Positions 24,565 to 38,460 of a DNA stretch of 64,000 nt are shown in pieces. Below the pieces are notes generated by a model that saw only the letters and a program-made list of their open reading frames with translations, was not told the DNA's origin and searched no databases. This DNA comes from Leucoraja erinacea (Eukaryota). The stretch covers positions 16,678,001 through 16,742,000 of the forward strand of contig NC_073382.1 in assembly GCF_028641065.1 (NCBI RefSeq), given 5' to 3'. The position numbers were made by a program, and so were the translations under genes. Each line of letters begins with the position of its first letter. The first letter of the stretch is position 1.

Positions 24565-26494
24565 AGGAAATTGGTGGAGGAGGCATGTGAGGGTGGTTAG
24601 TGAACACAACCCGTAGCTCTGTAAATATATCGTCAGTCAAACTAAGAGGGAAAAAAACAAATTGCTGGAGGAACAAATGAAGTCAAGCAGTGTTTGTGGA
24701 GGTAAAATGGAGTATCAACAGCAGTTTTTTGCTCCAGATTCCAGCATCTGTATTCTCACTTGTATCTCAAGTTTGAACTTAGACTTAGCATTCATTTTGT
24801 AGATCTGAATTATTCCACTAATGTCCTGAACGTGGTCTGAAAGTTGCTATGGAAATGCAAGTCTTATTTGCTTCTTTTGTTAGTTGACTGGAGTAACATG
24901 AAGGCAAAGGCTACACATTTCTCAGTTATTTCCCGCATACTTAATTTAATTATTTTATTGGTGTAATAATAAACTTCCTGCTCCAACTATATTGGAACTG
25001 AGAAGGTATGATTCAAATTCTCAAGAGGAAAAAAATGTTTAACCTCCTGCCCCCTCTGGATGTTCCACAAGGCTTCGGACCTAATGAAGTGTGGTCACTG
25101 CTGCAATGTGTAAAACAGCAGTCTAGCTGAGCCGGGAAAGTTCCCACTCACAGCAATGCCATTCCGAACAAATTATCGGTTTTGGAAATGTTGTATGAAG
25201 GTTAAGCATTGGTCAGGGCTCCGGGGGAAGTCTTTTAGGACCGAGATGAGAAAAACATTTTTCACACAGAGAGTGGTGAATCTCTGGAACTCTGCCACAG
25301 AAGGTAGTTGAGGCCCGTTAATTGGCTATATTTAAGAGGGAGTTAGATGTGGCCCTTGTGGCTAAAGGGATCAGGGGGTATGGAGAGAAGGCAGGAACGG
25401 GATACTGAGTTGGATGATCAGCCATGATCATATTGAATGGCGGTGCAGGCTCGAAGGGCTGAATGGCCTACTCCTGCACCTATTTTCTCTCTACCTTTAA
25501 AAAGTACCGCATGATCCTTTTTAACTACTGGAGGGAATTGTTGGGGCTTTGGTTTAACAGTTGATACAAAAGACGGGTGAAAACTGAACTGGGGCATAAT
25601 GGAATCCCTTAAATTATGAGAAAATTAGATTGGCTGTACAATGAGATGTAGTTTTCGCTTGAAAAAGATTTCAAAATTCTGTGCTAAAGTATAGGTCTGA
25701 TAATTCACTATGTGATTGTTTGGAAATCCTGTTGTGACACTGGGTGATGAGTTCTCTACTCCTTTCAAACCCACCAAGGTCCCGTACTATGTTCCATAAA
25801 ATGTTACTATAGCCTGTTGAACTCAGCTGGATCCTGTTTTAGCACTCCTTATAAACTTACTGAAGTCTGTACCCACCATAATTTTAAATCCACTGGCCCT
25901 TTTCTTGCAGGCTTTGTCCTGCCAACACCTTTCTTTTCCAATTTTCTGCTCCCCACTCCAATCAGTTTGGAGAAGAATCACAAGCCAAACATCACCTCTC
26001 TATTCGCTCCCTGGGTGCTGCCTGACCCATTAGCTTCCTCCAGCACTTTGCATTTAGCTCAAGCTTCCAGCACCTGCAGTGTCTTGTATCCCCATGTTCG
26101 CTGCTCTCCTGAATGATTTATCATACCACTGTGGAACATCAAAAAAAAGTGTGTTTGGGTGTTAAGATGAGTAACACACACCAGCCCAGATTACCCGCCC
26201 AGTGTATGATATACGCTCTCGACCCGAAACGTCACCTATTCCCTTTCTCCAGAGATGCCTGCCTGAACCGCTGAGCTAATCTAGCATCTTGTGTCCGTTG
26301 GTGTAAACCAGCATCTGCAGTTCCTTCCTACACAGCCAAGATTACCCACCAGCCCAACACCACACAAGGACTGAGGATGTTGGATTAATAGATTTTTAAT
26401 GCATTAGAGAGTCACCAATAGAGACTTGGAAAGCAGGGTGAATGTGAACATTATGCTACAGGGCATTTCTGTTTGGAGTAACAAGATAGAGTAA

Positions 26495-26989
26495 AGGGCC
26501 TGGCCCACGAGCATGCGACTGCTTGCGCCAAGCGCGACCAAACCGGAATCGGGGGCCGCGCGGGGGTCGAGTGATCCCCGTACAGGGCCGGTCCCATCAG
26601 CATGCGACTGCATGCGGCAAGTGCGACCAAACCGGAAGCGGGGGCCGCTCAGAGGTCGAGTGAGTGACGTGAAGTTCGAGCGAAGTCCGCGGGAAGTTCG
26701 CGCGTGACGTACGGCATCAAGACGCTGCGTACGGCGACGAGGCGGTGTGTACGGCGTCGAGGTGGTGTGCACGGCGTCGAGGCAGCTGCGGGCCGGCAGG
26801 CCGTTGCCGCGCGGAACTTTTGAACAGTTTCAGTTTTTTGGAGCCCCGCGCGATATCGGGACCAGCTCTGCACAACTCCATACGGCTCCCGCGATCGAAG
26901 TGGGACTGGCCCCACGAGGCCGTACGGCTCAAGCGACCACGTTAGGTCGCGCTTACCGCATGCAATCGCATGCTCGTGGGACAGGCCCT
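26495..26989. mobile_element. GC/CpG-rich Harbinger-like MITE
   Basis: TIRs AGGGCCTGGCCCACGAGCATGCGA / TCGCATGCTCGTGGGACAGGCCCT; flanks TAA / TTA; the left terminus is re-duplicated internally at about 26584. Confidence 0.85.
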
Positions 26990-29032
26990 TTATGGGAAAT
27001 AACAGAGAAGCACATGAAGGAAAAAGAAAGATAAGGGAGATAGGGCAGAATGCAAAAAGACTCAAGCAGATCTTAAATAAAATGTTGCAGAATTCTCAGC
27101 TAATTATGTGCAGGGTATGAATAAAACTTCAACTTTAAGCATTCTACTAATGGTTTCGAAGTGAAGATTAAAAAGAGAAACTTGGAATTAATTGGTGAGG
27201 GAGCCTACTAATCACATCTCTTTAACCTCTAAATGGTGCTGTTTAAATCATGTTTTAACACCTGACCACTTCCAATTCTGTTTTCACATAACACCTCCAA
27301 TCTTTTAAGGTTTTATCTTCTCAACAAGTCAATTTTTCAGGACCTCATCAAACACTCTAGATTGCGCACGATTGAAGCTGACCCACGCTGGCTTTCAGCC
27401 TGAGATCAGTGAGCGAGGATGAAATAGATCCTCCAGCACATCGTAAATCTATGTCCATTCTCGTTTATCACAATCAGTTCAGACAAATGGCACCGGATTG
27501 TACTTTGTGTAATGAATCCCAATAATTAACACTGCAATTGAAATTAGTCCATGAGATCATCTAAAAAAAAGGAGAATACTAGATGCACACAGTAGATCAG
27601 GTGGCATCCATGGAAAGCAAAATGTCAATATTTTGAGTCCGGCCCTTCATCAGAACTGGGAAAGAGAGAGATACACGTTAGTTTTGGAGACATGATGGAT
27701 GTGGGATGGCTAGAGCAAAGGGAATGTCTGCGATAACCACCCAGATTCTATCACCCACATACACACAAGTTCACATTCACAAGTTACAGGAGTAGAATTA
27801 GGCCATTCGGCCCATCAGTCTACTCCGCCATTCAATCATGGCTAATCTCTGCCTCCTAATCCCATTGCCCTGCCTTCTCCTCATAACCCTTGACACCCGT
27901 TCTAATCAAGAATTTGTCTATCTCTGCTTTAAAAATATCCACTGACTTAACCATACTGAGGGTTAATTTACAAATAGCAAATTGTGGCACAAACTTGCAA
28001 GTTTTTGTGATGTGGGAAGAGGCCGGGGCAACTTGAGGAAACCCACACGATCCCAGGAAGAAGTTAGAAATTTCGCACAAACAGCACCAGAGTTCATGAT
28101 TGAACCTGGGTCATTGGTACTGTAAGGCAGCAGCTTTACTAGCTGTATCACTGAGCTGCTTTTTACATATAAAATAAAAAACAAGTCATTTTACAACCAA
28201 ACTGAACCCAACTTTGATCAGAGGGTGGCGAATCTGTGGAATTCATTGGCACAGATGGCTGTGGAGGCCAAGTCAATGGATATTATTAAAGTGGGGATTG
28301 ACAGATTCTTGATTAGTAAGGGTGTTAGGGATTATGGGGAGAAGGCAAGAGAATGGGGTGGAGAGGAAAAGATAGATCAGCCATGATTGGATTGCGGAGT
28401 GGATTTGATGGCCAAATAGCCAATAGCCAAAGTCTGTCTGTCTTTTCGTCTTTTTTTGATATTTTTAGTGTGTTTAAAAAGTATGTGTTAATGTTCTCTG
28501 GTTTGTTTTATGTGGGGGATGGGAGAGTGAGTCGGGGAAAGTATTTTTCAATCTCTTACCCTGTCGGAGATGCGATTGTTTTCCAGATCGTATCTCTGGT
28601 CGCTCTGTGGCCTAACATCATGGAGATGGCCTTGCTCGGGACTGACTTTGAGCCCCACCACGGGGCCCTGGACTTACCATCGGAGCCTGCGGTCCCTTGC
28701 CTGGGATCGACATTCCAACCGCGGCCTGCGGATTTCAACTTCGAGGAGATCGCAGTCTTGGGTAGAGACTGATGTCGGCAAGCTCCAAAGTTGCAGAAGA
28801 TTCGACTAGCCCTAACCTGGGGTCCAATCGCCCGGTGCGGGGGAGCTGAGACCCCCCCCCCCCCCCAATTCGGGAGCTTAATCACCCCAACGCGGAGGGC
28901 CAATCGCCAGCTACGGGAGCCAAGATCGTCCCCTCAACGGAATGCTCAAGGCCCCTGACTGTGGGAGAACAAAGAAGGGAAAAGATTGAACTTTTTATTT
29001 ATGCCTTCCATCACAGTGAGGAATGTGGGGGA

Positions 29033-30576
29033 TGATAGACAATAGTCAATAGGTGCATGAGGGCCATTCGGCTCTATGAGCCAGCACTGCTTTTCAATGC
29101 GATTGTGGCTGATCATCTCCAATCAGTACCCAGTTCCTGCCTTCTACCCATATCCCCTGACTCCGCTATATTTAAGAGCCCTATCTAGCTCTCTCTTGAA
29201 AATATCCAGAGAACCGGCCTCCACCTTCCTCTGAGGCAGAGAATTCCACAGACTCACAACTCTCTGTGAGAAAAAGTGCTTCCTCATCTCCGTTCTAAAT
29301 GGCTTACCCTTTATTCTTAAACTGTGGACCCTGGTTCTGGACTCCCCCAACATCGGGAACATGTTTCCTGCCTCTAGCGTGTCCAAACCCTCTTAAGATC
29401 CCCTCTTATCCTTCTAAACTCCAGAGTATACAAGCCCAGCCGCCCCATTCTCTCAGCATATGACAGTCCTGCCATCCCGGGAATTAACCTTGTAAACCTA
29501 CGCTGCATTCCTTCAATAGCAAGAATGTCCTTCCTCAAATTAGGGGACCAAAACTGCACACAATACTCCAGGTGTGGTCTCACTAGGGCCCTATACAACT
29601 GCAGAAGGACCTCTTTGCTCCCATACTCAACTTATCTTGTTATAAAGGCCAACATGCCATTCCCTTTCTTCACTACCTGCTGTGCATGCATGCTTACTTT
29701 CATTGACTGATGAACAAGGACCCCCCAGATCCCGTTGTACTTCCTCTTTTCCCAACTTGACACCATTTAGATAATAATCTACCTTCCTGTTTTTGCTACC
29801 AAAGTGGATAACCTCACATTTATCCACATTAAACTGCATCTGCCATGCATCTGCTCACTCACCCAACCTGTCCAAGTCATCCTGCATTCTCATGAAATGA
29901 AATGATTCAATTTATTGTCATTGTCAGTGTACAGTACAGAGACAACAAAATGCATTTTTAGCATCTCCCTTGAAAGGGAGACACAGGGCGTCGCGGTGTG
30001 CCCGCGCCTGCCGCCGTAACATTCCATTACAGGCAAAGGTGGGTGAAGTGTCTTGCCCAAGGACACAACGACAGTATGCACTCCAAGCGGGATTTGAACC
30101 GGCTACCTTCCGGTCGCCAGCCGAACTCTTAGCCCATTGTGCTATCTGTCGTCCTATAGCATCATAGCATCATAGCATCCTTCTCATAGTTCACACTTCC
30201 ACCCAGCTTTATGTCATCTGCAAATTTGCTAATGTTAGTTTGAATCCCTACATCTAAATCATTAATGTATATTGTAAATAGTTGCGGTCCCAGCACCGAG
30301 TCTTGCGGCACTCCACTAGTCACTACCTGCCATTCTGAAAGGGACCTGTTAATCCCTACTCTTTGTTTCTTGTCTGCCAACCAATTTTCTGTCCATGTCA
30401 GCACTCTACCCCCAATACCATGTGCCCTAAATCTGCCCACAAATCTCCTATGTGGGACCTTATCAAATGCTTTCTGAAAGTCCAAGTGCACTACAACCAC
30501 TGGCTCTCTCTTGTCCATTTTCCTAGTTACATCCTTAAAAAATTCCAGATTAGTCAAGCATGATTTCCCCTTCGTA
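29033..30576 (-). mobile_element. CR1 LINE fragment (RT to 3' tail)
   Basis: [55 protein letters not shown]. Confidence 0.9.
29891..30155 (-). mobile_element. tRNA-derived CORE-SINE
   Basis: A box TAGCACAATGG, B box GGTTCAAATCC, CORE motif GTGTCCTTGGGCAAGACACTTCACC, AATAAA and (TTTCA)n tail. Confidence 0.8.
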
Positions 30577-32234
30577 AGGGGAAGTCACTGTGGTGGATGT
30601 TTATATTGTTGTGGTCACTGTGGTGGATGTGTGCCTTGTTGCTTTTTATTTGTATGACTATATGGCAAATCAAATTCCTTGTTTGTTGCAAAACATACTT
30701 GGCTAATAAACTATGATTATGATTTTGATTATGATGGCCGAATATCCTAATTCTGCTGCTAGAACTCAACTTATGAACTGATTAATTCCAACCCAAGGGC
30801 TTCCAATTTCCTCAATTACCTAATCTTAATCCTATGTCCTGCCCTAACCCAATTTGGAAGCATTGTAGAAAAGACTCGTTATGTTATAGTATTTGATATT
30901 GACTGGTCACAGAGGGCACATGCTGGGATGGTAAGCAACACATCCTGACCATAAAAAAAGTACTTATTCTAGTTGGCATGGCCCGAGACCACCCGAACCT
31001 GAAGCGTTTTAAGAAGATTAACTCAACATCATCTGAAACTCATCCCCTCAGTCTCAAACCAGTTATTTGGTGTCTATTGCAAATGACCTTCGGAAATAGT
31101 GCCAAAATGAACCGGATTCCTTCCAACAGCATTGGAACAACGTATATACACGATTGATCGAACATACACTGTAAAAAACCCACAATCTGGATATACAGGT
31201 CTCTCTGATATGAGAATGTAGAACCAGAAGGGACACCATCTGAAAACAAAGAGGCTGCCTTTTTAAGACCGAGACGGCATAGACAAAAGACAATAGGTGC
31301 AGGAGGAGGCCATTCGGCCCTTCGAGCCAGCACCGCCATTCAATATGATCATGGCTGATCATCCCCAATCAGTACCCCGTTCCTGCCTTCTCCCCATATC
31401 CCCTGACTCCGCTATCTTTTAGAGCCCTATCTAGCTCTCTCTTGAAAGTATCCAGAGAACCTTTATATCTTAGAGGTTTGTGCGTCATTTGAACTATTCC
31501 TCAAAAGGCTGATAGAATTAAGAATTACCGATTCTTACTAGCACTCACAGGAAGATCCACACCACTATCTTCCTTGTAGAGACTCACTTACAATCTATCA
31601 TCTGAATTAATCAATTTTAACCTTTCAACTGTTTTTCTTTTATTTGAGAGCAATTTATGTTGGAACAAGCAGGACAAAATATGAGCTAATTAGAATGATT
31701 GTAAGGTAAAGGCACAATTGAAGCCAGAAATGGTACAGACTGTGACCATTCATAACTCTACCCTGAAATCTTCAATCATTCTCCCCTTTCTGACTGGTTC
31801 ACAACAGGGGTGACAGCATTGGATCTTCTGGTCTGCATGAGTCTATTCATTAAATCAAAATCAAAAGAGTTCTGTTTGATCCTTGACAAGATACATACCC
31901 TACATTCCCTGCTCCACATTAATATCCATCTGCAGTTCATTTATTCCTGCCCTTTCTTTACTTGTAGCCTTGTTAATTTTATCAAGGCCCTTTTATTCAT
32001 TGCACAGTTACCAGGAAATGTAAGGGGCAAAAATCTTTGAGCCTCCGCCCCCTCCCTACCCCCCTACAAACATTTTGTACTGTTGGGACAAAATCAAAGG
32101 CAATATGAAGCTCATTTTTTTAAATAGAGTGTAGACTTTCAGCTGTGTTGTATCTGCTTCCCATGGTCTCTCAGCTGGAGCATTACAAATTGTATCAATT
32201 CACTGTATGAAAGAAAAATGATCTTCATATTACT

Positions 32235-32502
32235 CACAGCTCCAGAGCAGGTTCAATCCTGACCTCAAGTGTTGACTGTGTGGAGTTTGCACGTTCTCCC
32301 TGTGAACGCACGAGTCACAGGATGCTCTTGTTTCCTTCTACGTCCCAAAGATACAGATTTATAGATGAATTGTCCACTGCAATTTGCCCCTAGTGCTTAG
32401 GGAGTGGACACAAAAGTGGAATAACATTAAACTAGTGTGAATTGTTAATAGATGGTCGATAAGGATTTGGCAGACTGGAGGACCTGTTTCCATGCTGTAT
32501 CT

Positions 32503-32540
<38 letters not shown>
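32235..32540 (+). mobile_element. HE1-type V-SINE
   Basis: GGTTCAATCC B box, GTGTGGAGTTTGCACGTTCTCCCTGTG V-domain, (TCAA)n tail. Confidence 0.75.
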
Positions 32541-33188
32541 GACTTCACCAGGAACGGAAGAGAGAGAAGTTCCTCTGTCAATTGTCTATTTTGTGTGGCT
32601 GTGAAAGTTTAATCTAGCTTCCACAGTTTAAGAAAATGAGTAAAATATGCTGCCCATTCCAGATAACCTAATTGTCTTGCATGCTGTGAGAATGGGAGAA
32701 CATACAGAGTATCGACCCCATGGATGGACATGCTATGACAGGTCGGGCCACTGTTGGTAGAGGAGAAGTCGCCTTCTGCAAAGACCACAGATTGAGAGCT
32801 AGAAATGATGATGAACGTGAAGGGCCACGAGTGAGGTCAGTGGAAGGGAGAGGAAACCGGGGTCTGGCCTACTGCGCCCTCGAGGTTGGCTGCGGGTAGC
32901 GCCCCCGGGACACAAAGGTGGACGGGAAAGGAGAGGGATGTTGGTTCGCTGGTCGATCAACAAGGCCAAGGAAGGCAACAGCTGGAGGTCTGCAGCAGCC
33001 TGGCTCTCGCCTGGATTGGGCAATGCTCATAACAACTAGAGCACGGAATGGACTTTGAAAATGGCGGCAGAACATGGCGCCTCTTGCATGCGAGCTCAGT
33101 GGACTATTTCTGTACACAATTGTTAGTTGGGGGGGGATTGTGCTTAGGTATGACAATACTGTATTGCACCATTGAGAATGGTGAAACT

Positions 33189-33446
33189 ATAATCTACGAA
33201 TTATACGAACCAATGACGTATTATTAGTAATTCATTCCACTTTATTTTTTTCATTTTTGACATTTGTAATTCTTTTTTTTCTTTCTCTCTCTTTCTATCT
33301 ATATAAAAAAACTAGTAGAATCAATCCACAATTGAAAAATGTAATAATGTATGATTGATGTACATGAAAGGTTTTTTACTATAATATGTAACTATACTTT
33401 ACCATAACATGTTTGCTTCTAATAAAAAATATTAACAAAAAAAAAA
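33189..33446 (+). mobile_element. Poly(A)-tailed retroposed fragment (L1-type insertion)
   Basis: AATAAA at 33421, A tail, 13-bp perfect TSD GAATGGTGAAACT (33176-33188, 33449-33461). Confidence 0.8.
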
Positions 33447-36400
33447 GGGAATGGTGAAACTGAAACATGTCACATTCAGAATTGTGAATGTTTATTCATT
33501 CAGGAATTTCTTTGTTCAGTTCAATTTTTCTAAACAATACACAGGCATTCTCAGAATTCATGAATGGTAACACTTAAAGCAAGTTTTACTTGTGACTTCT
33601 AGGCACAATTCTTGGGGGTTTGCAAGGAACTCACAAAATAGAATGATGAAGGTAGTACTCAGAGCAAACCCAGCAATCTCTGGCACGCGGTTAGAAAAGT
33701 TAGATTTGTTTGACCATGTACTCACATTGTCTATCCAAGCAAACACACAGCATAAGGAAAAATAGTACCCAAGAGAAAATACAAGCGATGCATGTATATC
33801 CAAGAAATCAGGATTAAAGAGCAGTGATACCATTGCGAGAAGAACTGACCATGGGATCTCAATGGATGGATTACTCTGATGGAGAGGTGCACATTGAGGA
33901 CATAATGATGATGGATTTGCAGTAAATGCTTGACAAGCTGGAACACAGATTTGGAAGAGGAAGCTATTTTCCAAACCCAGTTTTTTTTTTAACACATGCA
34001 CATCGCTGCTCTCAGAAACGTCAATATTGAAGATTTTTGTTCAGTGACTGCATGGAGCATCATCAGTTACTGTCAGCGACTCCAATCTTATCAGCTCCTG
34101 TTATAAATTGCAACGAAGATCCATGTCTGGAAACAAATCATTTTGTGGAACGTGATAGCATCAGATTCTATTTTTGTGTTGCTGTACTTGCAGTAACATA
34201 TTGGGCTGCAGAACAAAAAGTACAATGTTCTGCCTGTGGGATGCACTAGATGGCGCAGTGTCTCAGGTATTCGGCTAATGGCTGAACACACCTTTGCCGA
34301 ATGTGAAAAGCTGAGGACAACTGGTCACCAATATTCTTGAGTACACCTGGAACCAAGGATGAATTTCTTACCCATTTGAACAGAAAACAAGAACTCAGAA
34401 CACCACAGAAACACAATATATTGGTGTAGCCTATTAAGCCTGATCGATGGCCATCAAAATATAAAGCTATGGAACCTTCATCACATAATCCCAATTGCTA
34501 ATTTAGTTGCCGAGGAGGAAGGGTCGGTGGGAGGGGGTGAGGGGTAGTTTTGGATGTTTCGGGCTCTCGCCATGAGGGGTCCTGAGAAATAGCAGATTGA
34601 GAAACCCTTCCCTTCATTGTGCTTTCTCGATCAGAGGGGATCAACAGCAGCATCAACGGATGCAAGGTTGGCAGGAAAGGTTGGAAGTGGTTAGGAGGGG
34701 TTCGACCAAGGAGATTGTTTCCAGCGGTTGACAAAGATAGACCTAGTCCACACACAATGTAAGAACCACATTTATTATAGATAATGGAACAATAGGTTGT
34801 CTGATGTGTCTTTCAAATTAGCTGAGGGCTCAAAAGGCTAGATGATGTGTTGAACCAGTAGGACTGCATCAGTGGGGTAACGCAGTGGACCATTTTGGTT
34901 TCTGAGAAGGATCAATGTTAGTGTCTGGTGGTTGATAAAATGTTAGTGATCGTTCTCAAGAGGGAAAGCTCACTTTGTACAGAGGTACACACAATCCTTA
35001 CTGTGATTAGATACTTTTAACCAGAGCAGGAGTTTCATGAACATAATTAGGAATAAATTGAGGTCAGACATCAGCAAGTGTTTCTTTATACAAAACATTA
35101 TTTGGATTTACTTGTTGCCTGGGTTTCAACAACTAAGTTACAGAGATAGGTTGAATAAGTTAGGTCTTTATTCAAGCGCAGAATTATATATAGAGGTCTT
35201 TAAAATGATTACAGTAGATTGATGTGGACAAGCTTTTCCCTTTGAGAATAGGGAAGATTCAAACAAGAGGACCATGATTTCAGATTAAGGGACAGAAGTT
35301 TAGGGGTAATATGATGGGGACATCTTGCTTGGCGGTCTTGAGCTCATCATTCTCTTCTTGGTATCATTTAAAAATAAATTGGATAGGCATATGGATGAGA
35401 AGGGAATGGAGGGTCTGGTACGAGTGCAGGCAGTTGGGGTAAGGGGAAAAAAAATTCACGGCATGGACTTGTAGGGCCGAGATCTGTTTCCGGATGTAAT
35501 TGTTATATGGTTTAAAAGAAATGGATACTACAATGAGAATTATATAGATTTACAGTGAAATTTAGAGTTTAGTTGCACCACCATTCATATGATCATGGCT
35601 GATCATCCAACTCAGTATCCCGTACCTGCCTTCTCTCCATACCCTCTGATCCCTTTAGCCACAAGGGCCATCCTCCCTCTTAAATATAGCCAATTCACTG
35701 TGCCTCGACTACCCTCTGCGGCAGAGAGTTCCAGAGATTCACCACTCTCTGTGTGTGAAAAAGTTCTTCTCATGTCGGTTTTAAAGGATTTCCCCCTTAT
35801 CCTTAAACTATGACCCCTTGTCCTGGACTTCCCCAACATTGGTCCTTCCCTGCAACCATTCAATTGATCATGGGATCATCCAAGTCTTACTGCATCTAGC
35901 CTGTCCCTCCATAAGTTTCTATAAGATTCATGCTGGCATCTCTGCCAAAAAAGTTCTTCTCATGGGTTTTACATCTTGCCTTTTTGTCCTGGACTTCTTC
36001 AACAATCTTCCTCTTCTGTCCAACCCTTAAGAATTTTGTAACTTCTGTGCCAAATGGGGACATCTTGCTTTTCTTCATCATCATTCTCTTCTGTCTCTTA
36101 TCTAACTTCTTCTTACCCACTGTTGGGGGGTGAATTCACCATTCTCATCTCTGGATGAAAAGATTTAACCCACCTCTCTTACAGATTTAGTTTAGTTTAG
36201 TTTAGAAATACATCATGGATACAGCCAATTAAGCTACAAATCTGTACGTCTTTGGAGCGTGGTTCTCAGAGAAAACCCACGTAGGTCACGTGGAGAGTGT
36301 ACAAACTCGGTATAGACAAGTCCCTGCAGCCAGGATCAAACCCGAGTTTTTGCAAGTGCTTCTTCTTCTTTTAGTGCCCATCTTGTTACAAATGTTGACC

Positions 36401-36777
36401 TCGCTGTCATCGTCCGTCCTGAAAAGGACGCAAGCTTCCGGCGACAATCAGTGGAAGCCATCACTTGTCGCAATAGATGATGGTGGTGGCAGTATTAGCT
36501 CAGGATACTTCTAGTTTCCAGCCCCACGACGTGGATGCTTCTGCTATGGGGTGGGGCCACTGTAAGTGCTGAAAGGCAGCAACTCTATCACCATGCTGTC
36601 TCATTTATTAGTTCCCAATTATTTATGGCCTGTACATGTGGTTTTTCCATGAATAAAAATATAATTTTAATGATATTTCATTTCAATGTCTATCCTAGGG
36701 AATGTGTTTGAAGAGAGAGGAGGGAATGGGAATGCAAAGAAAGAATGATACTATATGTTTAGGACAGAGAGTGTTGT

Positions 36778-37480
36778 GTAAGCATGCAGGTACAGCAGGC
36801 AGTGAAGAAAGATAATGGCATGTTGCCCTTCATAACATGAGGAGTTGAGTTTAGGAGCAAAGAGGTCCTTCTACAGCTGTACAGGGCCCTAGTGAGACTA
36901 CACATGAAGTATTGTGTGCAGTTTTGGTCTCCAAATTTGAGGAAGGACATTCTTGTTATTGAAGGAGTGCAGCGTAGGTTCACAAGGTTAATTCCCGGGT
37001 TGGTGGGTCTGTCATATGTTGAAAGAATGGAGCGATTGGGCTTGTATACACTGGAATTTAGAAGGATGAGAGGATATCAGAAGGATGAGAGGGTATCATT
37101 GAAACATATAAGATTATTAAGAGATTAGGCATGCTGGAGGCAGGAAACATGTTCCCGATGTTGGGGGAGTCCAGAACCAGGGGCACAGTTTAAGAATAAG
37201 GGGTAGGCCATTTAGAACGGAGATGGGGAAAAACATTTTCACCCAGAGTTGTGAATCTGTAGAATTCTCTGCCTCAGAAGGCAGTTGTGGCTAATTCTCT
37301 GGATGCTTTCAAGAGAGAGTTAGATAGAACTCTTAAAGATAGCAGAGTCAGGGGATATGGGGAGAAGGCAGGAATGGGGTACGGATTATGGATGATCAGC
37401 CATGTTCACAGTGAATGGTGGTGCTGGCTTGAAGGACAGAATGGCCTACTCCTGCACCTATTGTCTATTGTTTATTGTCT
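36778..37480 (+). mobile_element. CR1 LINE 3' fragment
   Basis: [30 protein letters not shown]; CTATTGT tail. Confidence 0.85.
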
Positions 37481-38009
37481 ATAATCGAGTCATAGAATGA
37501 CACTGCATGGAAACAGGCCTTGTGATGCAACATGTCCACGCGGATCAAGACACCCATGTAAACTGAACCCATTTGCCTGTATGTGGCCCACATCCCTCTA
37601 AACCTATCTTTCCATATAACTCTCCTAAATGCTGTTATTGTACTCAACTCCACTATTTCCTCTGGCAGCTCATTCCATGTATCCACCACCCGCTCCACGA
37701 GTAAAGGTTACCTCTCAGGCCCCATTTAAATCTTTCCCCTCTCGCCTCATCTCCATTATCATAGAAACATAGAAACATAGAAACATAGAAAATAGGTGCA
37801 GGAGTAGGCCATTCGGCCCTTCGAGCCTGCACCGCCATTCAATATGATCATGGCTGATCATCCAACTCAGTATCCCATACCTGCCTTCTCTCCATACCCC
37901 CTGATGCCTTTAGCCACAAGGGCCACATCTAACTCCCTCTTAAATATGGCCAATGAACTGGCCTCATCTGAGGGTATTAAGGGTTATGGGATATAACTGG
38001 GTGCATGAT

Positions 38010-38460
38010 TTTCTTCCTCTTCTTCCTCTTCTTCTTCTCAGGCAGTTGCTCAAGAATGAGGATGGCTTGTTACCATTCAGTTTTGTGGGCTTTGAGGTGG
38101 TTGGTAACACCAATGTTGGGACCACAGATTATTCCATAGATGGGGCAGGATGTGGCTGTTGAGGCGGATGGGAGGAGGGGTGAATACACATTTTACGTTG
38201 GTTGTACATTACAAGGGGTTGTACATTTTTTGTTGCTAACATAAGGCCTCCATATTCACCTGATGCATGTCCTTGAGGTTCTCGATACCATCCTTAATCC
38301 TCCTTCTGCACTTTACACAATCATAGGCCAGGATTCAGTGGGGAAGTTGCATTTCTTCAAGGAGACTTTGAACACACCCTTGGATTTTTTCTCTATCCAC
38401 CTGGTAATCTTTGCCAATGACAGTTTAGAATAGAGTGCCATGACTTTAGGATCCAGCTCA
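38010..38460 (-). mobile_element. Old RTE-clade LINE 3' fragment
   Basis: Degenerate ALYSKL...FKVSLKKCNFPTESW translation and a (GAA)n-like tail at about 38010-38040. Confidence 0.55.

Larger units (their letters stand above)
28419..30735 (+). mobile_element. GC-rich non-autonomous retroelement with AATAAA and (TATGAT)n tail, split by a CR1 (pieces about 28419-29030 and 30577-30735)
   Basis: Inserted in a CR1 3' UTR with candidate TSD TGATGGCCAAATA / TGATGGCCGAATA; related to the element at 46566-47392. Confidence 0.55.

Noticed and set aside
26404-27065. CpG-island promoter with ORFs
   Set aside because: The CpG-rich segment is bounded exactly by MITE TIRs and recurs at 61265 and 63761.
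30080-30155. tRNA gene
   Set aside because: The tRNA-like head continues into a CORE domain and SINE tail; the HE1 heads likewise continue into SINE bodies.
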